Source: an uncultured Candidatus Saccharibacteria bacterium
Lineage (GTDB): Bacteria > Patescibacteriota > Dojkabacteria > J137
Direction: 5' to 3'
NCBI GenBank assembly: GCA_965230975.1
Contig: OZ246402.1
Location: 444,667-508,666 of the forward strand
DNA length: 64,000 nucleotides
The position numbers and the translations under genes are program-made. Under the pieces are notes generated by a model, which ran no database searches, was not told where the DNA came from, and worked only from the letters and a program-made list of their open reading frames with translations. How positions within the stretch are numbered: position 1 is the first letter of the stretch; each line of letters starts with the position of its first letter. Positions 18,767-26,988 of the stretch are shown in pieces.

Positions 18767-18794
18767 ATCTCGAATAGTTTTCTAATGAAATTAA

Positions 18795-18820
18795 GGTTCG
18801 ATATCCTCCTCGTAGGGTCA
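18795..18820 (+). repeat. Direct copy of the tRNA-Glu T-loop plus acceptor 3' half
   Basis: GGTTCGATATCCTCCTCGTAGGGTCA versus the tRNA GAGTTCGATTCTCCGTAGGGTCA. Confidence 0.6.
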
Positions 18821-18896
18821 AATACAACATTCTAATCTTTCTTGACATAATTAGAATTTAAACATAATAATAACTTATATTATTTAATAAGATTTT

Positions 18897-19472
18897 ATGT
18901 CTTTTGATACTCACTTTGACGATTGGAAAAATCCAGAATTAAAAATCCAGGATGCCATAAGAAGCTTGGAGCATATGACTTTTAACGGAACGGTGCTATA
19001 TTTTTGGCAAATGGGCTTAACAGATATAGAGGTAATAGATTTGATAGTTAAAAGTGAGGACACTAAAAATGAAACGGAACTTACTGAACTTTTATCAGAT
19101 ATGAAGTTTGGCGATGAACACTATAAATCTACACTACTAACAGCATACTTTCATGTATTAATTAGAACTCTAAAAAAAGAAGGAAAAACAAATTTAATTC
19201 AAAAAATTAGATCTGCAATATTAGATTCCATTTCTTGGCAAAAAGGGTATATCGGTAGAGCTGAACAGGATACTTTGGTTAACACTGTAGCAAGTTTATT
19301 AAGTGGATTCAAAGACCCTATGTTTAGACAAAGACATTCTGCATTATATTCTAACTTATCTATTTTTCGTGCTGAGAGCCAGTTAGAGGCTTTTACTCAA
19401 TTGTTATTACGTTTAAACAAACAAGAAGTAGAGCAATTACAATTTGAAATTGAAACCAGATTAGAGTTATAG
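18897..19472 (+). CDS. Hypothetical protein
   Basis: 191-aa ORF with no motif. Confidence 0.5.
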   Translation: MSFDTHFDDWKNPELKIQDAIRSLEHMTFNGTVLYFWQMGLTDIEVIDLIVKSEDTKNETELTELLSDMKFGDEHYKSTLLTAYFHVLIRTLKKEGKTNLIQKIRSAILDSISWQKGYIGRAEQDTLVNTVASLLSGFKDPMFRQRHSALYSNLSIFRAESQLEAFTQLLLRLNKQEVEQLQFEIETRLEL

Positions 19473-19504
19473 AGTTAGGAAAAAATAGATGTGCCTATAT
19501 CTGT

Positions 19505-19954
19505 CTAGTGTTGTTTCGACTCCAAAATCTTTTTATTCAGTTTTGATAATCTATCCATTCTAGTTTCTATCTTTTTTGCATCTGTTATCCATCTTACATA
19601 CTCCTTTTTATGAGAATACGCCATTTTTTCAAATAACTCTTTGGCTTTAGGGTCCTTGTTCAATTCTGCTTGCATATCTTCAGGAACTTCTACCTCTCTG
19701 GGTTTATCATCATAAACAACTTCAATTTCCACCTCATCACCAACTTTTAGATTAGCCTTTTCCCTGTTTTCAATACTAACACCAACTGCAGATTTACCAT
19801 CGTAAGTAGTAATAGTATTTCTATAACTATAACCATTAATTGTCACAACAACAGGAACTCGCTTACCTTTATTAAATGATTCTACAACTTCATTTGGAAC
19901 CCAAAATCCTGCTGTATTACCACCACCAGTAAAAATTTTTGCTTTAAATTTCAT
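19505..19954 (-). CDS. DUF1905 / YdeI (OmpD-associated) family protein
   Basis: N-terminal DUF1905-like beta domain (GGGNTAGFWVPNEVVESF...TINGYSY) followed by a YdeI-like helical tail. Confidence 0.55.
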   Translation of the reverse strand: MKFKAKIFTGGGNTAGFWVPNEVVESFNKGKRVPVVVTINGYSYRNTITTYDGKSAVGVSIENREKANLKVGDEVEIEVVYDDKPREVEVPEDMQAELNKDPKAKELFEKMAYSHKKEYVRWITDAKKIETRMDRLSKLNKKILESKQH

Positions 19955-20040
19955 AAAGTTATTATACTAAAATAAAAATCAGAATCATTTAATTTTAAGT
20001 CGATTACAGGTCAATATTCAAAAAATGGTATAATTATGTC

Positions 20041-20340
20041 ATGAAAAGAAATAATTTATACACAATTAATTCAATAACAAATATAAGCATACCAATCCTT
20101 AAAAAATATAATGTAATAAGGGCTGGTATATTTGGTTCGTATGCTAAAGAATCAGCAAAAAAAAATAGCGACATAGATTTTTTGGTAGAAGTACCAAGAG
20201 GTACGGGGCTATTTAAATTTGCAGCATTAAGATCTGAGTTAAAAGAAGCATTGAATAAGGAAGTTGATCTAGTCTCGTATAATTCAATAAAACCTCAAAT
20301 TAGAGACGAAATTATATCAAGTGAACGAAAAATCTTATGA
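20041..20340 (+). CDS. mntA: Nucleotidyltransferase antitoxin MntA (minimal NTase)
   Basis: GIFGSYAKESAKKNSDIDFLVE is the GS...DxD polymerase-beta NTase motif. 4-bp overlap with the downstream HepT gene. Confidence 0.8.
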   Translation: MKRNNLYTINSITNISIPILKKYNVIRAGIFGSYAKESAKKNSDIDFLVEVPRGTGLFKFAALRSELKEALNKEVDLVSYNSIKPQIRDEIISSERKIL

Positions 20341-20669
20341 AGAGAGATTTAAATCTATATTTAAATGATATATTGGAATCGATTGATTTGATTCAGGCGA
20401 GAGTTAGTGGAATGTCAGAGGTAGAGTTTAGAAATGACGAGGAAAAATATGAATCTGTAGTATATAGATTCGCCATTATTGGTGAAGCGGTAAATAAAAT
20501 CCCCAAAGAATATTTAAAAAGATTCCCGAATATAAATTGGTCTGCAATCATATCAATGAGAAATATACTTATACACGAATATCATGAAGCGGATTTAGAT
20601 ATTGTTTGGGATACTATAAAAACTGATTTAACTGATCTGAAGATTGCAATCTCTTCAATGAAAATATAA
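20337..20669 (+). CDS. hepT: HepT (DUF86) HEPN-type RNase toxin
   Basis: Rx4HxY HEPN motif (RNILIHEY). Translationally coupled to mntA (ATGA overlap). Confidence 0.8.
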   Translation: MKRDLNLYLNDILESIDLIQARVSGMSEVEFRNDEEKYESVVYRFAIIGEAVNKIPKEYLKRFPNINWSAIISMRNILIHEYHEADLDIVWDTIKTDLTDLKIAISSMKI

Positions 20670-20670
20670 T

Positions 20671-22521
20671 CTATTCCGAAGCTTGTAGCCACTCCTCACT
20701 TTTCTCTTCTAATTCTTGATTAATCTCTCGTATTTGAAGTGCAATTTTACTCAGTTCTTCCATACTAATATTAATCGTGTTCAACTTTTCGGTTAATTCT
20801 TTCTTTTTTCTTTCTAACAGATTAATTCTCTTTAATAACTCGCGTTCTTTTTCAGAATCTTTAGTAGATTTAACTGGTTGATTAGCTTTTTGAGGTAAAT
20901 CATCTGACCCGGAAATAATACTGCCATCATTAGTATCATCTTCATCTTCCGCAACATCTCTATAGGTTGAATAATTCCCTGGAAAGTCTTTAATAACTGC
21001 ATTTCCTTTAAAGACGAATAGATGATCTACAATCTTATCCATAAAATATCTATCATGAGAAATGATAATCAAACAACCTTTAAACTCTTTTAAAAATTCC
21101 TCTAAAACATTCAAAGTCAAAATATCAAAGTCATTCGTTGGCTCATCCAAAATCAAAAAATTGGGATTCGCCATCAAAATCTTTAACAAGTTAAGCCTTT
21201 TCTTTTCACCACCACTTAATTTAGCAACTAAGTTTTGCTGAACAATTGGAGTAAACAAAAAACGTTCAAGCATTTTTGAAGCAGTAACTTCTGATCCATC
21301 AGAAAGCTTAATAAAGTTAGCAATTGCTTTTACAGAATCAATAACCTTTTCGTTATTATTAAATTCAAGCCCAGATTGAGAATAGTAACCAAAACTTACT
21401 GATTCTCCTTTAACAATTTTGCCAGAATCGGCTTGTTCTTTATCCATTATTAAGTTCAAGAATGTGGTTTTGCCAACACCATTCTTGCCAATAATTCCAA
21501 CTTTTTCACCTTTATTAAAACTATAAGTAAATTTATCTAAAATCTTTTTACTACTAAAAGACTTAGTTAAATTATGAATTTCTAAAATCTTTCCACCCAT
21601 ATATTTTGTTTGCACATCAAGTTTTACCTTTTCTGTTACATTTTTTTGTTTAACACTATTTTTTAATATGTTGTAATCTCTAACTCTTGCGTAACCCTTA
21701 CTTGTTCTACCTCTTGGTTGTTTTTTTACCCATTCAAGTTCTTTTTTTAACAAAGCGTTTGTTCTATCTATATTTGTATTTTCATTTTGCTCACGTTCTG
21801 CTTTCTTTTCTAGAAAATACGAATAGTTACCTTGATATGTAAAGACTTTGCCGTTAACCAATTCTATAATTTCGTTACAAACTCTTTCTAAAAAGTATCT
21901 GTCATGAGTAACCATTAAAAGGGTAATATCGTTTTCTTGCAAATATTCTTCAAGCCAATCAATCATTTCTAAGTCTAGATGGTTCGTAGGTTCATCCATT
22001 ACAAGAAGGTCTGGTGTGTCTATTAATATTTTTGCTAAGGCAACTCTTTTCTTTTGCCCTCCCGAAAATGTGGAGATTTTTTCGTTTAAGTTGTGCAGGT
22101 TTAAGTTTGTTAATACCTCTTTGATTCTTTCTTCGTATTCCCATGCGTTGGTGTTTGTCATTGCTTCAAAGGCTTCTTGCATTTTATCAGAGTCCTCGGG
22201 GGTTAATAGGCTTTGTTCGTATAGTTTTACGGCTTTGATTATTGGTGAATCACTAGAAAAAATCTCTTGATCTACTGTTTTGTTCAAATCAAGTTGTGGT
22301 TCTTGTTCTAAGAATGCTGTTTTTACCCCTTTTTGTTTTGTTATTCTGCCACTGTCGTATGTTTCTGTTCCGGCTAATATTTTTAGTAGGGTAGATTTAC
22401 CTGTTCCGTTTTGAGCGACTAGTGCAATTTTGTCACCTTTATCTACAGAAAAAGAGATATTATTTAAAATAACTCTATCGTTAAAGGTTTTTATTAGGTT
22501 TTCTACTAAAATGTAACTCAT
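20671..22521 (-). CDS. ABC-F family ATPase (tandem ABC domains, Uup/EttA-like translation factor) with a C-terminal coiled coil
   Basis: Two Walker A motifs (AQNGTGKST and GKNGVGKTT), two LSGG signatures, no TM domains, and a coiled-coil tail. Confidence 0.9.
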   Translation of the reverse strand: MSYILVENLIKTFNDRVILNNISFSVDKGDKIALVAQNGTGKSTLLKILAGTETYDSGRITKQKGVKTAFLEQEPQLDLNKTVDQEIFSSDSPIIKAVKLYEQSLLTPEDSDKMQEAFEAMTNTNAWEYEERIKEVLTNLNLHNLNEKISTFSGGQKKRVALAKILIDTPDLLVMDEPTNHLDLEMIDWLEEYLQENDITLLMVTHDRYFLERVCNEIIELVNGKVFTYQGNYSYFLEKKAEREQNENTNIDRTNALLKKELEWVKKQPRGRTSKGYARVRDYNILKNSVKQKNVTEKVKLDVQTKYMGGKILEIHNLTKSFSSKKILDKFTYSFNKGEKVGIIGKNGVGKTTFLNLIMDKEQADSGKIVKGESVSFGYYSQSGLEFNNNEKVIDSVKAIANFIKLSDGSEVTASKMLERFLFTPIVQQNLVAKLSGGEKKRLNLLKILMANPNFLILDEPTNDFDILTLNVLEEFLKEFKGCLIIISHDRYFMDKIVDHLFVFKGNAVIKDFPGNYSTYRDVAEDEDDTNDGSIISGSDDLPQKANQPVKSTKDSEKERELLKRINLLERKKKELTEKLNTINISMEELSKIALQIREINQELEEKSEEWLQASE

Positions 22522-22635
22522 AGCTTGATTGATTTATGTGCTGAGCATTTTAGCATTAAAGAAGCTTTATCGGGACTTTCGTCTAGCAACAAATAAGTCT
22601 TCAAATGTCAGTAGTTTTCTATGAAGGTGAACTAA

Positions 22636-23283
22636 CTATCCTGGACTATTTTCACAAAAATCTGAAGCTTTTAGGGTAGTGTTAAGTTCAATTTTTTGAA
22701 ACATTAAAAAACTTGTATGTTTATAGACAATTCCATGCATGATACTTGGGCTTTTAGGATCTACTGCCTCATTGACATAAACTGCCTTTAAGTTATCAAT
22801 AGTTTTGCCACAACCTTGGGTTATGTACATTGAGTCATACAGAAAAACACTTGCAAATATATCAGCAATAAATAGAATCGGTGTAATAAATATTATTAAA
22901 ATTATTAATTGAGATTTAGTACCTACTGTTTTCTGCCTAAAGTTATACTTAAATAAAAAAATAATTAGCATGAGAACTATTAACTGCACTGCTAAACCAA
23001 TTAAAAGATCTTTGTTATTAATAATAAAATAATAAGTTTGCCGAGTATCTACCCAATAACTTATTGCATAAATAGTAATAATACTTATAAAGTAAAGAAC
23101 CTTGTAAATTGGATTATTTATCTTTGAAAGAGAAATATAAATACATGGAATTAGTAATATTGTACTTATGAAATATCCTGCATATCCGAACAGGAGGATA
23201 ACCAGTACTGTTAAAGGAATAATTATTAATAATATGTCTGTCTTCACTTTGTAAAATTCTCTAATTGATTTGAATATGTTCAT
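22636..23283 (-). CDS. Hypothetical polytopic membrane protein
   Basis: 215 aa with five or six TM helices and a C-terminal soluble segment. Confidence 0.5.
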   Translation of the reverse strand: MNIFKSIREFYKVKTDILLIIIPLTVLVILLFGYAGYFISTILLIPCIYISLSKINNPIYKVLYFISIITIYAISYWVDTRQTYYFIINNKDLLIGLAVQLIVLMLIIFLFKYNFRQKTVGTKSQLIILIIFITPILFIADIFASVFLYDSMYITQGCGKTIDNLKAVYVNEAVDPKSPSIMHGIVYKHTSFLMFQKIELNTTLKASDFCENSPG

Positions 23284-23412
23284 ACCTATTATGTTTGTGA
23301 AGGTGTACGATAACTATATATTTTTAGAAAGTAAATTCATTCGATCCTGTGCTTGATGTTATTGAATTTACAATTTATTATGATCTAAATAAGTAATAAT
23401 TAAAGAATAAAT

Positions 23413-23973
23413 ATGAAAGCAATAATTCTTCATGGGGTAGGTGGTTATGCGGGTAAACATTGGATGCAATCTATTCACGATTTCTTAATATCCAAAAATA
23501 TAGAAGTGATTATGCCAACTTTACAAAATTCTGAAAATCCGGCTTATTCTGATTGGATGCCAGTTGTACAAAATATATTTCAAGGTCTTTCTGAAAATGA
23601 TTTAAAGGAACTAATTGTTATAGGCCATTCTATGGGAATACCCGCAGCATTAGAAGTTATTCAAAATCTTAAAGCTCCTATTAGGGGTTTGTTTTCAGCT
23701 GGAGGGTTTTATCAAGATTATGGTTCCCCAATTAATACAAAATTTATGAGTGCTTGCAATGTAGATATTCAAAAAGCTAAGTCAAATATAAAGAATGCAT
23801 ATGTTTTTTATGGAGATAATGATCCCTATGTGCCTCAAGCAGTACTTTCAAATCTTGCAAAAGGTTTAGGAGTAGATCCAATAATTATTCATAAAGGAGG
23901 TCATTTAAATACAGAAGCTGGATTTACTGTATTTAAAGAAATGGAAGTTTATCTTCAGAATTTATTAGATTGA
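23413..23973 (+). CDS. Alpha/beta serine hydrolase, YdeN/RBBP9-like
   Basis: Short (186 aa) hydrolase with the nucleophile elbow GHSMG and a C-terminal HKGGH. Confidence 0.6.
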   Translation: MKAIILHGVGGYAGKHWMQSIHDFLISKNIEVIMPTLQNSENPAYSDWMPVVQNIFQGLSENDLKELIVIGHSMGIPAALEVIQNLKAPIRGLFSAGGFYQDYGSPINTKFMSACNVDIQKAKSNIKNAYVFYGDNDPYVPQAVLSNLAKGLGVDPIIIHKGGHLNTEAGFTVFKEMEVYLQNLLD

Positions 23974-24034
23974 GTATCCAATTCATACTTAAGAATTCTG
24001 CTATAATTTCTTTTATAGATATTAATCCAATTTT

Positions 24035-25084
24035 ATGAAAGCTAAATCATTCGCAGCGCAATCTGCAACATCCCCTTTAAGTTATTACGAATTTGAAAGA
24101 AGAGAACCAACGGATTTTGATGTACAGGTTGAAATCAAGTACTCTGGAATTTGCCATAGTGACATTCATACGGCAAATGGTGATTGGGGAGAAGTAGAAT
24201 ACCCATGTATTCCAGGACACGAAATTATAGGTGTAGTAACAAGAGTTGGGAGTAAAGTAACACAATTTAAAGCTGGAGATAATGTAGGCGTAGGTGTAAT
24301 AGTTAATAGTTGTAACGAATGTGCAGCTTGCAAGTCTGATTATGAACAATATTGCGAAAACGGCCCTGTTTATACATACAGCTCGAAAGACCCAGTAGAT
24401 GGAACAGATACCAAAGGTGGATATTCTAACCTAATAGTAACTCCAGAAAAATTTGTAGTTCACATGCCAGAAAACTTAGATTTATCAAAAGCAGCGCCAT
24501 TACTTTGTGCAGGAATAACAATGTATTCTCCATTAAAGCATTGGCAAGCAGGACCAGGTAAAAGAGTTGGTATTATCGGTTTGGGCGGACTTGGCCACAT
24601 GGGTGTAAAGTATGCAAAAGCAATGGGATCTGAAGTTTGGGTAATAACATCATCACCAGAAAAAGCAGAAGATGCTAAATCCTTTGGTGCAGATGGAGTA
24701 ATTGTTTCATCAAACCCAGATGATTTATTAAAGTTTAAACGAAAGTTTGATTTATTAATAGATACAATTCCAGTAGAACATAATATAGATAAATATATTG
24801 AATTATTAAGCGTAAATGCGACAATTTGCTTGGTTGGTCCAATAAACCCTATGCCTGGCTATCATGGAGGAGATTTAATTAATGGTAGAAAAGCAATTGC
24901 AGGTAGTGGAATTGGTAGTATGAAAGAGGTTAGAGAGATGCTTGAATTTAGTGCAAAACACAATATTTTGCCAGAAGTACAATTTATTAAAATGGAAGAT
25001 GTAAACAAAGCTTGGGATACAATGAAGACAAGAGGAATATCTCATAGATTTGTAATAGATGTAGAGAATTCGTTTCAAAGTTAA
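24035..25084 (+). CDS. Zinc-dependent NAD(P) alcohol dehydrogenase (cinnamyl-alcohol/YahK type)
   Basis: GICHSDIHTANGDWG and GHEIIGVV zinc motifs, a structural-zinc Cys cluster (CNECAACKSDYEQYC), and the Rossmann motif GIIGLGGLGHMG. Confidence 0.9.
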   Translation: MKAKSFAAQSATSPLSYYEFERREPTDFDVQVEIKYSGICHSDIHTANGDWGEVEYPCIPGHEIIGVVTRVGSKVTQFKAGDNVGVGVIVNSCNECAACKSDYEQYCENGPVYTYSSKDPVDGTDTKGGYSNLIVTPEKFVVHMPENLDLSKAAPLLCAGITMYSPLKHWQAGPGKRVGIIGLGGLGHMGVKYAKAMGSEVWVITSSPEKAEDAKSFGADGVIVSSNPDDLLKFKRKFDLLIDTIPVEHNIDKYIELLSVNATICLVGPINPMPGYHGGDLINGRKAIAGSGIGSMKEVREMLEFSAKHNILPEVQFIKMEDVNKAWDTMKTRGISHRFVIDVENSFQS

Positions 25085-25112
25085 TAATCGCTCTGAAAAT
25101 TGATATAATTTT

Positions 25113-25370
25113 TTGTATTTATTATTACTCTATATGGAATTATATATATTAATTGTATTGTTGGTTTCGTTAGTAGCTCTAATTACAGGTTTAACTTATA
25201 AGCAAACAAAAGAATTAGGTGATTATTTAAAATCACAAGGAGCTGTTTCAGAAGATAGTGCAGTACAACTTTCAACCCAAATAAAGAATAAATATAGATT
25301 AGCTGTTCCAATATTCTCTGGTACAAAACTTAAAGTAACAAAAGATAAGAAGTATTGGGCTGCTAACTGA
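25113..25370 (+). CDS. Small hypothetical membrane protein
   Basis: 85-aa ORF with one TM. Confidence 0.35.
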   Translation: MYLLLLYMELYILIVLLVSLVALITGLTYKQTKELGDYLKSQGAVSEDSAVQLSTQIKNKYRLAVPIFSGTKLKVTKDKKYWAAN

Positions 25371-25457
25371 ATTAGATATGATGGATAAAATTTACAATTT
25401 TGCCAACTAAGTATACCCCTGCTAAACTTAAGGATTACTTTTTAATTTGCCAGCAAA

Positions 25458-25871
25458 ATGACAAATTTAAACCCTTACATTAACTTCAAGGACACAGCAA
25501 AACAAGCAATGGAATTCTACCAAACAGTATTAGGCGGAGAACTAGTAATGGATACCTTTAAAGAGGGTGGAATGTCTAATGACCCAGCAATAGATAACTT
25601 AATAATGCACGCTCAATTAAACACATCTAAAGGCTTTATTTTAATGGCATCTGACGCCCCTCCAGGCATGGATGCAAGTCTAAGAGGTGGTATGAGCATC
25701 TCTTTAAGTGGAGATGAATCAGAAGAATTAAAAGTATACTGGAACAAACTTTCAGAAGGCGCTAATATAACAGTTCCAATGGCTAAATCTCCATGGGGAG
25801 ATGAATTTGGAATGCTAACAGATAAATTTGGTGTAGATTGGTTAGTTAATATCTCTCCAAAAAAGGCATAA
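25458..25871 (+). CDS. VOC/glyoxalase-fold protein (PhnB-like)
   Basis: Matches PhnB-like family members (FKDTAKQAMEFYQTVLGGELV, MHAQL, WGDEFGMLTDKFGVDW). Confidence 0.7.
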   Translation: MTNLNPYINFKDTAKQAMEFYQTVLGGELVMDTFKEGGMSNDPAIDNLIMHAQLNTSKGFILMASDAPPGMDASLRGGMSISLSGDESEELKVYWNKLSEGANITVPMAKSPWGDEFGMLTDKFGVDWLVNISPKKA

Positions 25872-25900
25872 TTAAACTAATAATTATTATTTTATTAAGT

Positions 25901-26215
25901 ATGGTAATCGAGCCTGAAATAGAAACTTATCTGACAAGTTTTGATTATATTGAGGGTAAAAGACCAGATTCGTTAATAGGAAAGCCATTTGATAGTGATA
26001 CTTTTTTAGAAAAATTTTGGCAAGAATATGGTAACGGTATGGAAAAATCCATTGATATGAGACGATGGACAGCTAAGAACCTCTATACGGTTATTCAATA
26101 CTTTGCTGCATCAACAAATTCTAATATATCAGAATTGTTGCAACTGTTTTACGAAGTATTTCCAACAGAACGAGAGTCAATGGAATATTATATTCAATCT
26201 CAAGCAATAGCCTAA
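25901..26215 (+). CDS. Hypothetical protein
   Basis: 104-aa ORF. Confidence 0.4.
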   Translation: MVIEPEIETYLTSFDYIEGKRPDSLIGKPFDSDTFLEKFWQEYGNGMEKSIDMRRWTAKNLYTVIQYFAASTNSNISELLQLFYEVFPTERESMEYYIQSQAIA

Positions 26216-26241
26216 TACTTATATAAATTAATTTAAATACT

Positions 26242-26679
26242 ATGACTAATAAAACAGAAGGTGTATTTTCTGAAGATGAAAAAGCTGCAATGCGAGAAAG
26301 ATCAAAAGAACTAGCTCTTCAAGCAAAGATGGCAAAAAATAAAGAAGCAGGTGAAAAGGCTATATTAGAAGCGATAGAAAAAATGCCAGAACCAGATAAA
26401 TCTATGGCAATGCAAGTTCATAATATTGTTAAAGCAACTGCTCCAGATTTATGGCCAAAAACATGGTATGGGATGCCTGCATATGCAACCAAAGAAGGTA
26501 AAGTAGTTTGTTTTTTTCAAGTTGCAAGCAAATTTAAATACAGATATTCAACATTAGGCTTTCAAGAAGATGCTCATTTAGATGATGGAAATATGTGGCC
26601 TGCATCTTTTGCTTTAATAAAAATAACAGATGCAGAAAAATCAAAGATAATTGAATTGGTTAAAAAAGCAATTGCTTAA
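26242..26679 (+). CDS. DUF1801 (YdhG-like) domain protein
   Basis: WYGMPAY...GKVVCFF pattern characteristic of DUF1801. Confidence 0.55.
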   Translation: MTNKTEGVFSEDEKAAMRERSKELALQAKMAKNKEAGEKAILEAIEKMPEPDKSMAMQVHNIVKATAPDLWPKTWYGMPAYATKEGKVVCFFQVASKFKYRYSTLGFQEDAHLDDGNMWPASFALIKITDAEKSKIIELVKKAIA

Positions 26680-26980
26680 TATGGAAATTCAACTGGGCCA
26701 AATATATTGTTTAAAAACAGAAAGTGAGATTGCCCATCCTCATATTGTTGTGGATGTTAAAGAATCTATAGCTACCGTACTTGGGATAACAACAAATATG
26801 AAGAAGTTAAGTATGCCGGGGATTTTCGTACTTGAAGCAGGGGAGGGTGGTTTAGAAAAACAAAGCATTGTAGAAACCTACAAAAGTTTTGTTGTAAAAC
26901 AATCTGATTTAACAGAATATATAGGTAAAATTGATCTAGAAAAGCTAAACTCGATAATTAATTCTAAAATTGCCCAATAA
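26651..26980 (+). CDS. Hypothetical protein
   Basis: 109-aa ORF overlapping the previous stop. Confidence 0.4.
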   Translation: MNWLKKQLLNMEIQLGQIYCLKTESEIAHPHIVVDVKESIATVLGITTNMKKLSMPGIFVLEAGEGGLEKQSIVETYKSFVVKQSDLTEYIGKIDLEKLNSIINSKIAQ

Positions 26981-26988
26981 TCTTGTTT

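Larger units (their letters stand above)
18294..18821. mobile_element. Probable remnants of integrative element(s) at the tRNA-Glu 3' end, bounded by att-like partial tRNA copies
   Basis: Two direct partial copies of the tRNA 3' end (18373-18386 and 18795-18820) lie downstream of the intact tRNA. No integrase is present. Confidence 0.4.
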
